DNA of 63,998 nucleotides, counting the filler, from Sphacelaria rigidula (lineage: Eukaryota), in assembly GCA_964200075.2 (NCBI GenBank). It is 3 parts of 3 records of this genome, joined end to end, with 100 filler letters (N's around TTAATTAATTAA, not from the genome) between each part and the next. Parts side by side here need not be neighbours in the genome. Positions count along the whole stretch, not along the records: positions 1 to 21,485 come from CAXNAA020000415.1; 2 more parts are not named here. One strand, written 5' to 3'. The notes under the pieces are model-generated. The model searched no databases. It was not told the DNA's origin and saw only the letters and a list, made by a program, of their open reading frames with translations. Positions within the stretch are counted from its first letter, which is position 1. Each line of letters begins with the position of its first letter. Of the stretch, positions 1 through 11,949 are shown one piece after another. Made by a program: the position numbers and the translations under genes.

Positions 1-1675
1 CACAACACCCGGCAAGGGCGGGCGCGGGGTGCTCGGGTGCGGCGCGGGGGGCTGGGGGGGGGGGGGGGGGGGGGGGGGGGTACTCATGATCATGCATGCC
101 ATGGTCATAAGACCATTGACGTCGCATCCCTACAAAGCCGGGACGGAGCACGCGGGGTTTCGCCGGACCAGGCTCGCACTCAATCACCAAGCGCGATGGT
201 GTGTTCGGCGAGTCGCATGAAGGATTCAGGGGGGGGGGGGGGGGGGGGTAAATCTGGTTTCTGCCGTAAGAATCTAGAATGAGGAAAATGGGCGAGGGGG
301 TTGTTTTTTGCGGATGANNNNNNNNNNCTGTCGGCTCCCTTCCCTGCCGGGGTGGGCAGCGGGTGCGGGGGGGGGGGGGTGGCGGGGGGGGGGGGGGGGG
401 GGGGGATACATCTGATTCGTGCCGTACGAATCTAGAATGAGGAAAATGTGCGAGCTGATCGTATTTTGCGGATGACGGACAGGTAACACGCAGGAAAGGG
501 CTGTGCCGCAGGAAGAATTATGGATCACTGCTCGTAAATGACTCGCGCGATTCTTTGAGCAAACGGCTGGAACACCAACACCGTATCCCCCCCCCTCTCA
601 CCCCCGCACCCGCGTTGTTGTATACTTTTTCGCTGAATCAAGTGCGTAGTGCCACATCCATCACCATACGGTACATGACGAGTTCAAGATAACACAAGAC
701 AACCTCCACAGTTTAAAGTCCAAAGTTTACAGTCCACAGTCCGTTACAAGGCGAAACCCCTACCGTTGAAGCAAATCTGGGCGCCGGATACACCGCAGTG
801 TGTCCCAGTAAGACGCTCTGCATGGTACGGTACAGTACAGTAGGAGTCAGTACGACTCAGTGCGAGGTAGCAAGAATAACGGTTCGGGAACCAGTACTGG
901 AGCCAGTGCGGTTCAGCCGAGTGGACTGGCATGTAGATCCGTATTGAAAGCCCTGTAGTTGGGGTTAGAGTGATGACGTCAGACAAGTCCCCACCTCCCT
1001 CTTCCAATCCCCTGTTTTCATTGAGCGACCTACCTTCCGTCTACAAACCAGCACATATCTACCGTGACTGAAAAGTGTTCACACTATTTTCTACAAACGA
1101 AAATCAGCATAACTACAGTATGCCTCATAACCCAATAGCAGCACGCGGTACGCCCGGGATTTTTTTTTCCCCAACAGACTTTAAACCCCGGCCTCCCCGT
1201 CCTCGGAATGAGTCTGTGGTCTCAAGGGATCAACTCATATCTCCCACAGCGGACTAGCGAGATGAATTTTGAGAGGACTACCGTTCGCGTTCGTTTGCCC
1301 CGTTCAGACCAACTTTCTTGAGCCCACAAATCTGCTAAAATACAAACCTGTGCGGAGATTGTCGTTGTCAGATTCATTCTGATTTCACCCATGGGATACA
1401 TCCATGGCCAGGATCGTGAAGTCCAAGATTTGACAACTCCTCTTCGTGTAGACCAAGTTTCCACAAATCTGTGGTTTCAAGGGGTCAGTCAATTCATGTC
1501 CCCCGTCGCCCTTTCTCTTCCCCGGTGACCTTGCGATAAGAATTTCAGATAACTACCGTTAGCGTTCCTTACTTCCCGCCATTTAGACCAAATTTCTTTG
1601 CGCTCACAAAGCTGCAAAAAGTACGCAGTTTCTACGAATCTCTGTGCCACGCTTGAGTGGAAACTTTTGGGGCCA

Positions 1676-2070
1676 AGGCCGTTTCTTCCGGTTCGTATTT
1701 TGTTTGGCTCGTATTTTCCACTTCTGGGACATTTGACAAGGTTCTTGACCCGCAAACAGGAAAAATCGCCACCACACGTCTTGGACACTTTGTATCACCC
1801 CACCGAGAGGAGCCTAGCCCACTTTTCCGATTCGTTTGGGTCAGAGATTTCGAGAGCGGCCTCTGGACAAAAAATACGAGGGAAACATATATTCCACAGT
1901 CTAATATATATATATATATATATATGTACTAGGCTCCTCTCGGTGGGGTGATACAAAGTGTCCGAGACGTGTGGTGGCGATTTTTCCTGTTTGGGGGTCA
2001 AAAACCTTGTCAAATGTCCCAAGAGTGGAAAATACGAGCCAAACAAAATACGAACCGGAAAAAACGGCCT
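1676..2070. repeat. Long inverted repeat / foldback element: ~142-bp arms (1676-1817 and 1929-2070) around a ~110-bp spacer ending in (TA)n
   Basis: Left arm aggccgtttcttccggttcgtattttg...caccgagaggagcctag is the near-exact reverse complement of the right arm ctaggctcctctcggtgg...cgaaccggaaaaaacggcct. The ORF track shows the same peptide (PVRILFGSYFPLLGHLTRFLT) on both strands. Confidence 0.9.
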
Positions 2071-2452
2071 AAATAGTGAACAGTACATAAAGTAATAACG
2101 ATCAAATATACCGGGAACCACGAGTATGAGATACGTCAACTGTGTGCCCCCCCCCCACCCTGCTCCATCTCGAAAGGGATGCGCGGTCAACAGTCAAACG
2201 ATTGAGGCAAGCACCGAATGAGTACGCCTCTCTGCCCTCCTCTGTCTCTGAATAAGTTGTGGGGCTCCAGTCAGGCTCACCTTTTTCATTTTCTGAGTAA
2301 CTCATGCAAATGATGAATATGGCCAATCACAATCATGATTTAATTCGTTGCGCCAATTTCCTCATGCGAGGAGGAAAAAAAGAGAAAACGCCGCCCAGCG
2401 CAAACGCTCGGATGTTTCGGATGGACGAGCAAAAATACCGACTACTGCGCAC

Positions 2453-4395
2453 CTTGCTCCGCTGGCCTGAAGGTCACAGCTATTTGTTTCTTGGATCCCT
2501 GCGGCTTCATCCTCAAAGACCCGGCCAAGTACAACCCTTTGGTCTGAGCAACAAGCAACAAGACAGAAGCGGGAACAGCAGCCGCGAACAGCAAGAGCGG
2601 TAAAGTCAACCTATCGGCACAAGCGGGAAAAGAAAATGTGTCGAGCATCCGAAGCGAGGGGTGGTGTGACGGGGGTAGGTACGGTGAAAGGAGGGCGAGG
2701 GGCGGGGGTACATATCTTCCGTCTACAACCTTTCCAAAATCCGGGTGAATACAAAGCAGGGTTTTTATCACAAAGTAAGAACTACTCGCAGCACATGACA
2801 GTCGAAGGGCTTGATAGCTTGACGAAGCATGGCAAACGTTGCTCTTACCCTCGAGGAAGGGTAACGCGGTGACAACTCACATTCTCGTTCCAGAGTAAGT
2901 TCCGATCGTCCAGGAGCATGACCACGTCTCCGAAACAAACCTCATCGCCGTCCTTTTTTTTCCCTTCGGGGTCTATCGCCTGATGCAAATTCGAAATTTA
3001 TTGGACAATGACGAGGCAACTGGATTATTAACGGGCCCGTTGGAGATCGCACTCCTCTCAATGGTGACGATCCTCGCCGGTGGCCCCCGCAAAAAAGAGT
3101 CAGCTCGGGGTCTCACAGTAGGGTACACCAGAGCGTTGTTGTTGCACATAATTTTTCACAAGGCCCAAACTGCGCAGTCATTTATTTCGTCACGGTCTCC
3201 CCACCCGACAATCACGGCGAGGTACAGTACAGTACAGTACAGTACAGTACAGTACAGTACAGTACAACAAACACAAACAAAAACGTACCCTAAAGTGGCA
3301 AGTGACAAATTCTCCACCGTCTTCCGGGCGTCCAATCACCGCCAGCTCGTTTCGTCGCAGTAATTTCTGGTGTACCCTTTGCACCCGATCGCACGATCCG
3401 ACATACCCCCCCGCTACCGCGCTCCCCCCGCCCACGATGTTGGTGGCAGCCACAGCCACGCCGGGGAACTTCCTTGAGGATGTGGGAGACGCGATTCCTT
3501 TCCCGTCTCCGCCCTCAGGCGTGGTTCCGACAGATCTTGACCTGGGTAGTTGGCTGCGGACGGCGGGTGGCACCGCCCTGGTTGGATTGAGGTTGGCCAG
3601 GTCGTCATTCGGGGACCAACGTTGTGTTGAAGATTAATCAGTCGTGTCATCGCGGCGACTGCAGGCTTACGGCAAAGTAGATCAAGGCGAGGTAATGGCC
3701 ACTCCATTACCGAGACGTCCTTCAGAAACAAAAGAACGCCCGCCAAGTGTTACGCGCATCGCGACGGACTTGCCACCCAAGCATACCCGCCCATGAGCAG
3801 TTATCTGTTGACCATCCTCTAGTGCGTGAAGGCACGCTATATAGACAAAGCATCCGGCATGGCGATAGTGTGACGATAGGGTGGCGATCGCCATCATCAC
3901 TCGTGGGTTACGTTTGAAGGGCGCGATGAGGAGGCTGGCGGCTACAGCCCTCCAACAGGAACACAGCCACAGGAAAATAGTCGATTATTTGCACGCAGAG
4001 GCTGCATGATGGAGTCAGACCAGCATCTGCTAGGCAATGCGTCCGCAGCACCTACATAAAAATCGCTGTACTTCACGCACTTTACGCATGCTCCACGTAT
4101 GAGATGGTATGTACCCCAACTGTTCCTACAAACCGATATATTGGGGTCACGAGCGGACGAACATCAAACAGCCACAGTAGTAGCGGCGGTAGTAGTCACC
4201 ACAACGACGTGTGCCCTGAAACATCTCACCGCGCGAACAGTCGAAGCCTGTCCCCATATCGCAGCTGTGATGGCGGCGTTTTTACCGTGCACCGCACCTG
4301 CCCCGATGATCGCGGTGGTGGGGAAACCTTGGCCTTGTCCACTTCCGAGACAGGCGCGTTGGGCAGCTTTGGCCGTGGCGACGACTTGGACGTGT
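2453..4395 (-). CDS. Four exons of an unknown protein with a beta-trefoil/MIR-like (IP3R/RyR N-terminal-like) domain; gene probably continues to the left
   Basis: Phase-consistent AG/GT exons 4395-4230, 3577-3289, 2979-2881 and 2543-2453 splice to ...PSQLRYGDRLRLFARAVPP...GGYVGSCDRV...NELAVIGRPEDGGEFVTCHFR|AIDPEGKKKDGDEVCFGDVVMLLDDRNLLWNEN|TKGLYLAGSLRMKPQGSKKQIAVTFRPAEQ. Domain identity is inferred from the repeated (L/V)x(Y/F)GDxhxL motif. Confidence 0.75.
3222..3266. repeat. (TACAG)n pentanucleotide microsatellite, intronic
   Basis: gtacagtacagtacagtac... read directly. Confidence 0.95.
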
Positions 4396-6140
4396 CTGCA
4401 TGTCTTCAGTCATGGCGTGGGCGCGACGAGATGTTGATGTTGATGTTGGACAAGAAAAGAGAAAGGGACTGTCAAAACCCGAAGGAAAATGTCTCGATGA
4501 GGCATGGCGGCATCTAGGGCCCGTGTTATCGAGCCCAAAAATGTGGGAACGCGACGTGATAGTGAAAGTGATTGTGGCGGTTGGGGATTCTTGTTTTTTC
4601 TCCATGATTTCGATTGGTTGTGAGTTGATGCCACATTCTCACCTCCCCCAAAATCACTTACACGTTGATCTTTTGAGAATTATATTTCGTAAAGCGGATG
4701 AACATTTGCGTGAGAATGCGAAGAGCAACGTCACATGGTTGAAAGGCGTGGGCTGTTGGGCTCTTCATGGGACAGATGGTTAGCTTCCCGTCACTAGCAG
4801 TAGCCACGCTGGCTTCAACTCCCATCACCAGCAGTAGCCACGCGTGCGAGACACACTCCACGTGCACAGCTCAGACAGAGAGATGCGCACAGCTACATCT
4901 CCAACAACTCCATCGAGTAAGCAGGCATGAACCCATCGGCGGGTCATACGGACCAGCGCTTTCCAACACGGTGGCTATCACGCGCAAGGTGCGTGGGCGT
5001 TGTAGCACGATCGAAACGAGGACCGTCTCTCCCATGAGGAAGAACGGCGGCAGCGGCAGCAGCAGCAGCAGCATCGACACCGGCTGATTCAGACCCACCC
5101 CCAACCGCGTACATCTACTGGCAGTAAATCTGCTGCCATAATGCTGCTATTGCTTCTTCTCCTTCTCGTGCGGAAGGCGGATCCGCGTTTCGACCTCCGT
5201 CAATATCCATACCCCTTTGCGAGTGATTGTCGCCCTGCTTGAAGTCGCTGGTTTGTTTGCGTGCTGTTACCGTCACTGCATCACTTGTTTTCCATCCTAG
5301 CTTGCTACATTAGAACGGCGCGTGATTTCTCGTGATAATCAAGTTGTGAACCGTCACTTCACGATCACCATCACGATATGATCATCATTTTCCTCGTTTC
5401 GTTAAACACCGTCTTATGACGCCCGTGGCACCATCAACGACAGCAGCCGTGACGTCATCATCCCAATTATGACCCAACCGTGGTGTCATGTCAACCATGT
5501 CAATATTCATGGCAACATCGATGGCGTCGGCATGGCGACAGATGGCGAAATGCCGAAGAGGGAAAATGGAGAGCTCCCACCCACGGACCGAGCGAAAGAA
5601 GCAAATCGTTCGTGTTGTTTCGTACAGAGATGCACTTCAGCCCCTCCGGCGACTACCGAAACAACCATAATTAATAATTGATTACTATTCATTACGATCA
5701 TTATTTTTATTATTACCATAATTATTGTCAGTAGTCGTAGTAGTAGTAATCATTTTTAACTCATCCCCATCCACCAGACGAGTCCGCATTCTCCAGGGAT
5801 CAACCCATCTCTCTCCCAGCATTTTTGCACCCTCTCTTGGAAAAAATATTTTTTCAAGCTCGACTATCTCTATATCGATGGTGCTGCCCATGACACCGAT
5901 TGCTGTTTCGTTGGAGAGATGACGCCAATATTTGTCGATGGGACACGGACTGCTTCTCTGGCAGTACAGAGCGGGCTCTTCAGTTCCGAGGAAATCAGAT
6001 TGAAATAAAAATATACCATGGAATGCCTCGACACACGAGCATTCGAAATCTCAATTTGTCAAGGCCAGTACAAGACACATTCGAGACCAACAAAGTGTAA
6101 CCATCTTGTACCACGGGCTGTGCACGTCTCGACTGGTTGT

Positions 6141-6143
<3 letters not shown>

Positions 6144-6180
<37 letters not shown>
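6144..6180. repeat. (GT)n microsatellite
   Basis: gtgtgtgt... read directly. Confidence 0.95.
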
Positions 6181-6182
<2 letters not shown>

Positions 6183-6262
6183 GCAATATGTCCAGCGTCC
6201 GGCACACGACATGACACGGAGTACCTCTCATGCTAAACTTCGTACATCGGAACAAGACTTAC

Positions 6263-8427
6263 CCGGAAGTTCTCGACACCTGCTGGGGCTCCGGCTCGGG
6301 CGACGAAGCCATGGTCACGACTTTCACGGGACGAGACGCGGATTGGCCGTCTTCAGACGGAAGTTTTGATGCCTGACAGGGGTTCGCCGGTGGGGAGTGC
6401 GCAAGTGGCATCAAGGGAATGGGTAACACCCTACTACAGCGACTATAACCGTATGTATCGACTTTTTCCGTTTGGGCGTACACGAATGGACAAAGTCCGT
6501 CCGTTGACTGCAGCGCCCACGCTGCCATGCACCGCGTCCGTTGATTGCAGCACTCTTGCTGCACTCGCCTTGTACCACGCATGTAATAACTCATGACCTA
6601 GATAACATATGTTGCACCGGTGATGTTACACTCCCTACAAATCTCGATCTTTTCTTACCTCCCGCGTCGGGGGAGACCTCCGGTTCTCCGATTTATCGCG
6701 CTGCGCCTGGCCGCTCGTGGAGGGTGAATCGCTTCTGCTCCTCCTCGCGGGAACCATCCTCCGCCAAGACAACCTCCCTCTCTTATCTGGCGTCGCCCCG
6801 GAATCTTCAGCAAGAACAAGGCTCCCGGTCCGCGACAATTGCCGCGCCGGATGTTTGGGGGGCGCTTCCGAAGCTCGCTTCTTGTTTGCGGATATCTCAG
6901 CACTGTATCCACCACTCGAAATGGGTACAGTGGTGCTACGCTGCATGGTGGGTGTCGCAGTAGTTGGCGGGAGGTTTCCACCCGGAGAAGATGATTCCGG
7001 CGACATTCTGGAAGGGCGTTGTGGAGAGGAAGGGGGGTCGACCTTCATTAATTTTGGCGGGATGATGGACCTATGTAAACGGTGAGGTGGGGGTGGAGGT
7101 GGAGGTAAAGGGGTGCACACACAGAGCCGGTCCGCATGTGAAGCGAGTATTGCAACATTGTTGCCTTCTCGACGAACGAGGCCAGATCTTATCGAGACGA
7201 AAAAAATGTGAGAAGAAATTGTGAGAATGGTGATGAAATGACCAGCACTCCCCGCGGGGCAACTATTTCACGTTCCCTTTCGCTTGCTCATCTTCATTCC
7301 CACAAAAAAATAATCATTTTTGAATCGATTTTTGTAAGAAGAGACGAAATATCGAATAAGAATGCGAAAGGAAGGGAGCGTGAAACGGTTGCGACACGTG
7401 GATTGTTCGTCGTCGTCATTCTCACAATCCCATCATCTTGCTCTTGCCATCAAAGGCGGGGGCCTAAAGTCGGGGTATCGTTTCATGAAAAACTCCCGAA
7501 GCAATCAAGCACAAGAACACAGGTTGGTCGAACACTGCAAAATTTGTTAGGTCGCTTCGCGAAGGGTCCAAACGATGGGCGCTTGGCGTCCACGCGCCAC
7601 TTTGGCCTTCCCTAAATGTCTTGAGGTTTAGACTGTGAAAGCCACGATTGTCAAGTACGTTGCCTTACGCGGAGGATCCATAAAACGCAGAAAACGCTTT
7701 TCTCCCTATCTTCCATCGTTGAATAAATGTTCCGCCGCTCTACTCACAGGACACCGCATGTATTAGTCAAGACAACACCACAGCTCAACAAATGCACCTC
7801 CGTTTTTCGGGAGACTCCGGCGTCGACAAAGCAGTTCGGTCGTCATGCACCGCATCAGGAGATTTACCGGACCCATCAATGGAATCAAGCGGCGAACTAG
7901 GCCCCAGCCATGTTCTCCCCAGCGTCATCGTCTCCCCACCAGAGCTGGCCTTGCGGCGCCTTGAGGTCGACGACGAGAAGCGCTTCAGTCTCGCCAAGGG
8001 AGACGACGACTTCTTCCGCATGAATGAGGACATGGTGGGCGAGGTGCCGCTATTGTTGGTGCTGCTGCTCCCTGCACCATCCTCGACATCATCAAAACCG
8101 CTGTCATCGCTATCCACGTCCCGACCTCCTCCTGCTTGGTCAGCACCACTACTGATGTCTGCGAAACACTCCAGCGCGCTGTCGGTACCGACAGCGGTAG
8201 TCTGTACGCGGCTTTTGGACCCCCTCCTTTGCGTGGCCGAGTTGCCGGAGATCATCTTAGCGTCCAGATCGGGATGGATCGACAGTATTTCTTCGCCACT
8301 TGCCCCGGCTGTTGGCAGCACGATTGAGCCTCCGCTGCTTGCCCGGGCTCTTCGAGAAAGCTTTTCCGTGATTCCGGAAAGCGGCGAAGGCGGTCCGAGA
8401 CGGCGCAGGCTCTTCAGGGAGAGTCTC
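6263..8427 (-). CDS. Three exons encoding a Ser/Pro/Arg-rich disordered region, probably the upstream part of the gene at 2453-4395
   Basis: Phase-consistent exons 8427-7798, 7070-6659 and 6372-6263 with canonical splice sites (RLSLKSLRRLGPPSP...PESPEKR|RSIIPPKLMKVDPP...SPPTRE|ASKLPSEDGQ...SRTSG). Linking exons at 4.9-6.0 kb could not be fixed unambiguously. Confidence 0.7.
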
Positions 8428-9456
8428 CTGTTGGAGGCAGTTATTATGTTGCTTCGTTATTGTCGGGGAGGAGCGTAGCATGAGGATTTGCCACGGTGAG
8501 ATAGACAAGTAGAGGGGTTCAGTTCAACGGCAAAGTACTGACCGACGACTTCGTGCTGCTTGAGAATGTAAGTACGATCAAGCATACACGCAGACCAGAG
8601 GAACCACGGTACGTCGACATTTTGTGACGGAAATAGACTGCAAAGCTGCGCCAAGCGTGCTCCAGTAAAACGGCATTCAAATATGTTTTGTGTACCGCTA
8701 CATCACATATCATACGCGATGTGGTACGGTGAAAGGCCTACTCGTACTACGGCTGCATGTGTCACTTCATGGAGGCACCACCAAATAAAGAACTTACCCC
8801 CCCAAACAACTGAATCATGTTGTGAAAACGAAATGAAAATCAGCGTGCCTGTATGTATTCAACAGCAACAGCAATAACAACAACAGCATGCAGCTCACAA
8901 CCTCACGTTTGTGGAAGCAATTCATTTTCAGGTGCTACACACAACACCAACATTTCACACCCTGGACAATATATGGTCAATAGTTGCAATACGCCTATGC
9001 TTTGCGCAGTACACGTGTCGTCTATTGCATCTATTGACTATATATCGTCCAGGGTGTGCAACATTCCTAAGAGGATTCAATTTTCCACCTGCGGAGATTT
9101 CGGGATCTTTACTCCGGGAGTATTTGCATACCTGTACCAACATTTAAGAAACAAACCTGCAACCTATTGGTGCTCACGGACTAGTGAACATAACAACATA
9201 ACCAGGGATTACATGGAGTTGGAGCGTCAATTGACCGTGCAGTAAAACTGTACTCCAATACGAGGCCGGCTGGGTATTCGCTGCACGTCCGTTGTTGACA
9301 ATGGAAGGAATTTGTTCCGCCGCAAGTCGAATCTACCGTACTGAGTACACCTTTTTATCGATAGACTTCGCGCCTTGACAGAGTGGAGTTACCTCCCGAT
9401 GAAGCCGTACGTGCAAACTACATACCAGCCCTCATTCGGAGCTTGGAAACCACTTC

Positions 9457-10376
9457 ACCTGCCAAACCGATCGTAGTGCAGACTAAACGACCGCCTAGTG
9501 GGGTCCCGGGCATAATCGACAACATACATGTCCACACCTGGACGTGGTGCGTATCGTGTACGTGTACGTGTGTGTGCGCGTGTATGTACATCGCAGTTAA
9601 ATCTGTAGGGAACGACCTAATAGGTTTGCACTTTCGGGATACTGTCATGTGTCAGTCAGCACGCACGTTCTCTCTCGGTGCCTAGAGAACATAGATGAAA
9701 ACGCCTACGCAAAATTATGAACGTGAAAGCCGCCGGGGCGGGGGAGGCTGCAGGAAAGTATGAAATTTCGGATGTGCAGAATATTTTTCACGGCAACTTT
9801 GAATCCTCTCGCGTCATGTCCCATCTTACTACAACTTGATTTCTCCTTTCGGACTGACCGTTTGTGGCCGCCGCGCGTCGTCGGCTGGACCAGGAGAGCC
9901 GGTGGTAGTTGCTTCTCTGGATCCAGGCTGGTGTCAATCGCAATGCCAACACCGTTCATGCGGTCATTCGTCGCGGACTTCCGATCAGGAGACGCTGCCG
10001 TAGGGCTTGCTTTCCTCGGAGTTCGCATGGCGGTCTCCATCCTGTTTTGTCGTGGTTGTCAAGTGAAGTCTGCGTTCGGCTAAATAGAAGGAAAGCTCCA
10101 TTCAAGACAAAAACGATGGATTCTTTGTGGGATTGACAGCACATTATTGAAATCAAGCTGGCATTCATCGCGACAGAGATCGAGTGATCAAGTAAAGTGG
10201 ACGGCTACTGCTTGGCAATTCGAGGGATGCGAGGGATGGGGAAACATGTAACGTGTTTTTGATCCAATGATCACGTGGCCATCTCCACTGCTGAAAGAGC
10301 GCTTGAAAGTGGAGGAGAAATCAAGCTCCATTATCACGTTGTCATCAAGTTCTGACTGCCGGTATGACAAGCTCAT
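9457..10376 (-). CDS. Tentative further upstream exons of the same gene
   Basis: Coding-like stretches MSLSYRQSELDDNVIMELDFSSTFKRSF, METAMRTPRKASPTAASPDRKS... and VDMYVVDYARDPTRRSFSLHYDRFG. Some plausible splice sites, but phases are not verified. Confidence 0.35.
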
Positions 10377-11464
10377 GCTCGACGACTTTGTCTACCTCGC
10401 CGCGAACGGTGCGATAGACTTTTTGGGGGTCCCATGTTTTAGGAGACGCATCGCCAAATTGGAGTAAGACCCTCATATATACTTGCCACACAGAAAATTA
10501 TTTGGGTGGGTGATAAACTTGGAGTAAATGGGCACTCGGTACTCGAGCATTGCACGACCATCGAAGCATAACTTCTTCGGGTAGTTCTAAAATTGTTCGC
10601 ACTACACACAGGAGGGAGAGTTGGTTGACTACCATACACACGGTACCGTTGTTTTGGTCTTGTGTGTAAGATCGTGTAACTGCCTGTACTGCGAACACTC
10701 AGCAGACTGTTGTAGAGATTTGAGAAGTATGCCAAGATCATGTACCGACTTCACTATATATATCGTACCCGAAGAATTTTGATTTGTCAAGGACAACAGT
10801 ACACAGACAAAGTTCGTTGTGCAGCACTGTTGTCAGCACCGCTGTTCAGCTTTCATGTAATCGGCTGGTCGCGGTGCTGTACTAGCCTACAGTCAGATAC
10901 AGTAAAGTTCACAACTCGTATGCCACACGTTACGCCGAGAAGTCGTCCGACTCGAGCGAATTTACAGCAGGATGAAACAGGCATAAAAAAAGTCCAACGC
11001 AAATGATGAGCTGTCGAACCCATCACGGGACAAAGCAAGGTACAAGTGACCCACACCTCATACGCTGTGACGGAGGGGGTTGCGGAATTTCGTGCAAATG
11101 ACAGCTTACGACGCGGCGAATGGAGGCACTAGAGCAGCAGTCTCCCTCCGCAAGATGACACCGTCTGCGGAGACAACTTTTCGAGTACAGTACAGAAATC
11201 CGTGAGAGTAGAAGCAAATACACTCGCATTAAATCCATGCGGGACGCAACCATCGCCGAAAAGATTGGTAAAAAAAGTTTACTTCGAGAATCCAGATGCC
11301 CCTTCGGTCAACAGTGACAGCACAGGCGACAGATTGAACAAACGTAATTGCTCCTGCTGGGACTATGCAAGGGCGGCATATCACACGCCTGCCCTCGATG
11401 TACACGGATAAGACGGGAGAAATGATGCCGTCCGTGAGAGGTATCACGTACAGGTACTAGTACA

Positions 11465-11949
11465 GTTGTTGTCCAATCTACTCTGGACCCCAGTCTTCAC
11501 CTTTCGGTATATGTGGGCGCACCAGACGGGGTCACACAGGAGGAAGGTCAACACGGGAGTTTTTTCCTTTTTGTCTGTCTTTATTACTCCACCTCTCTTC
11601 TGCGGTGCTTGCCTATTCTGGACGCCAGTCCTCACCTTTCGATGTATGTCGGCGCACCAGACGGGGTCACACAGGAGGAAGGTCAACACGGGAGTTTTGC
11701 TCTTCGTTTTGTTTTCATTACTTCGCCTCTCTTCTGCGGTGCTTGCCTTTTATTTTTCAACGCGAGAGGGGTTCAGCTGTCCCTTTCCCTCATCAACCGT
11801 CAAATAGAATTTTGTGTACCCACGACATAGTCGCTGTCCGCTGTTGGGCATGGTGTAAGAAAAAATCCCAGATCGCTCCGAGAATTGAACCCACGCCCCA
11901 ACCGTCAGGAAGTGTTGAGGTTACCAACTGAGCTACCGGGGCGACCGGC
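11465..11949 (-). mobile_element. tRNA-derived SINE, copy A, with an internal ~136-bp tandem duplication of the 3' part
   Basis: Minus-strand head GCCGGTCGCCCCGGTAGCTCAGTTGGTAACCTC...GTGGGTTCAATTC has Pol III A- and B-box-like motifs. Body is shared with the copies at 35.1, 45.7, 51.1 and 54.4 kb. Short CAA-rich tail. Confidence 0.8.

Noticed and set aside
55..410. Long poly-G tracts as G-quadruplex elements (also ~21655, ~43166, ~63914)
   Set aside because: They cluster at contig ends and gaps, typical of low-quality sequence
7792..8478. 228-aa plus-strand ORF
   Set aside because: Antisense shadow of the minus-strand exon 8427-7798, which has phase-consistent splice sites
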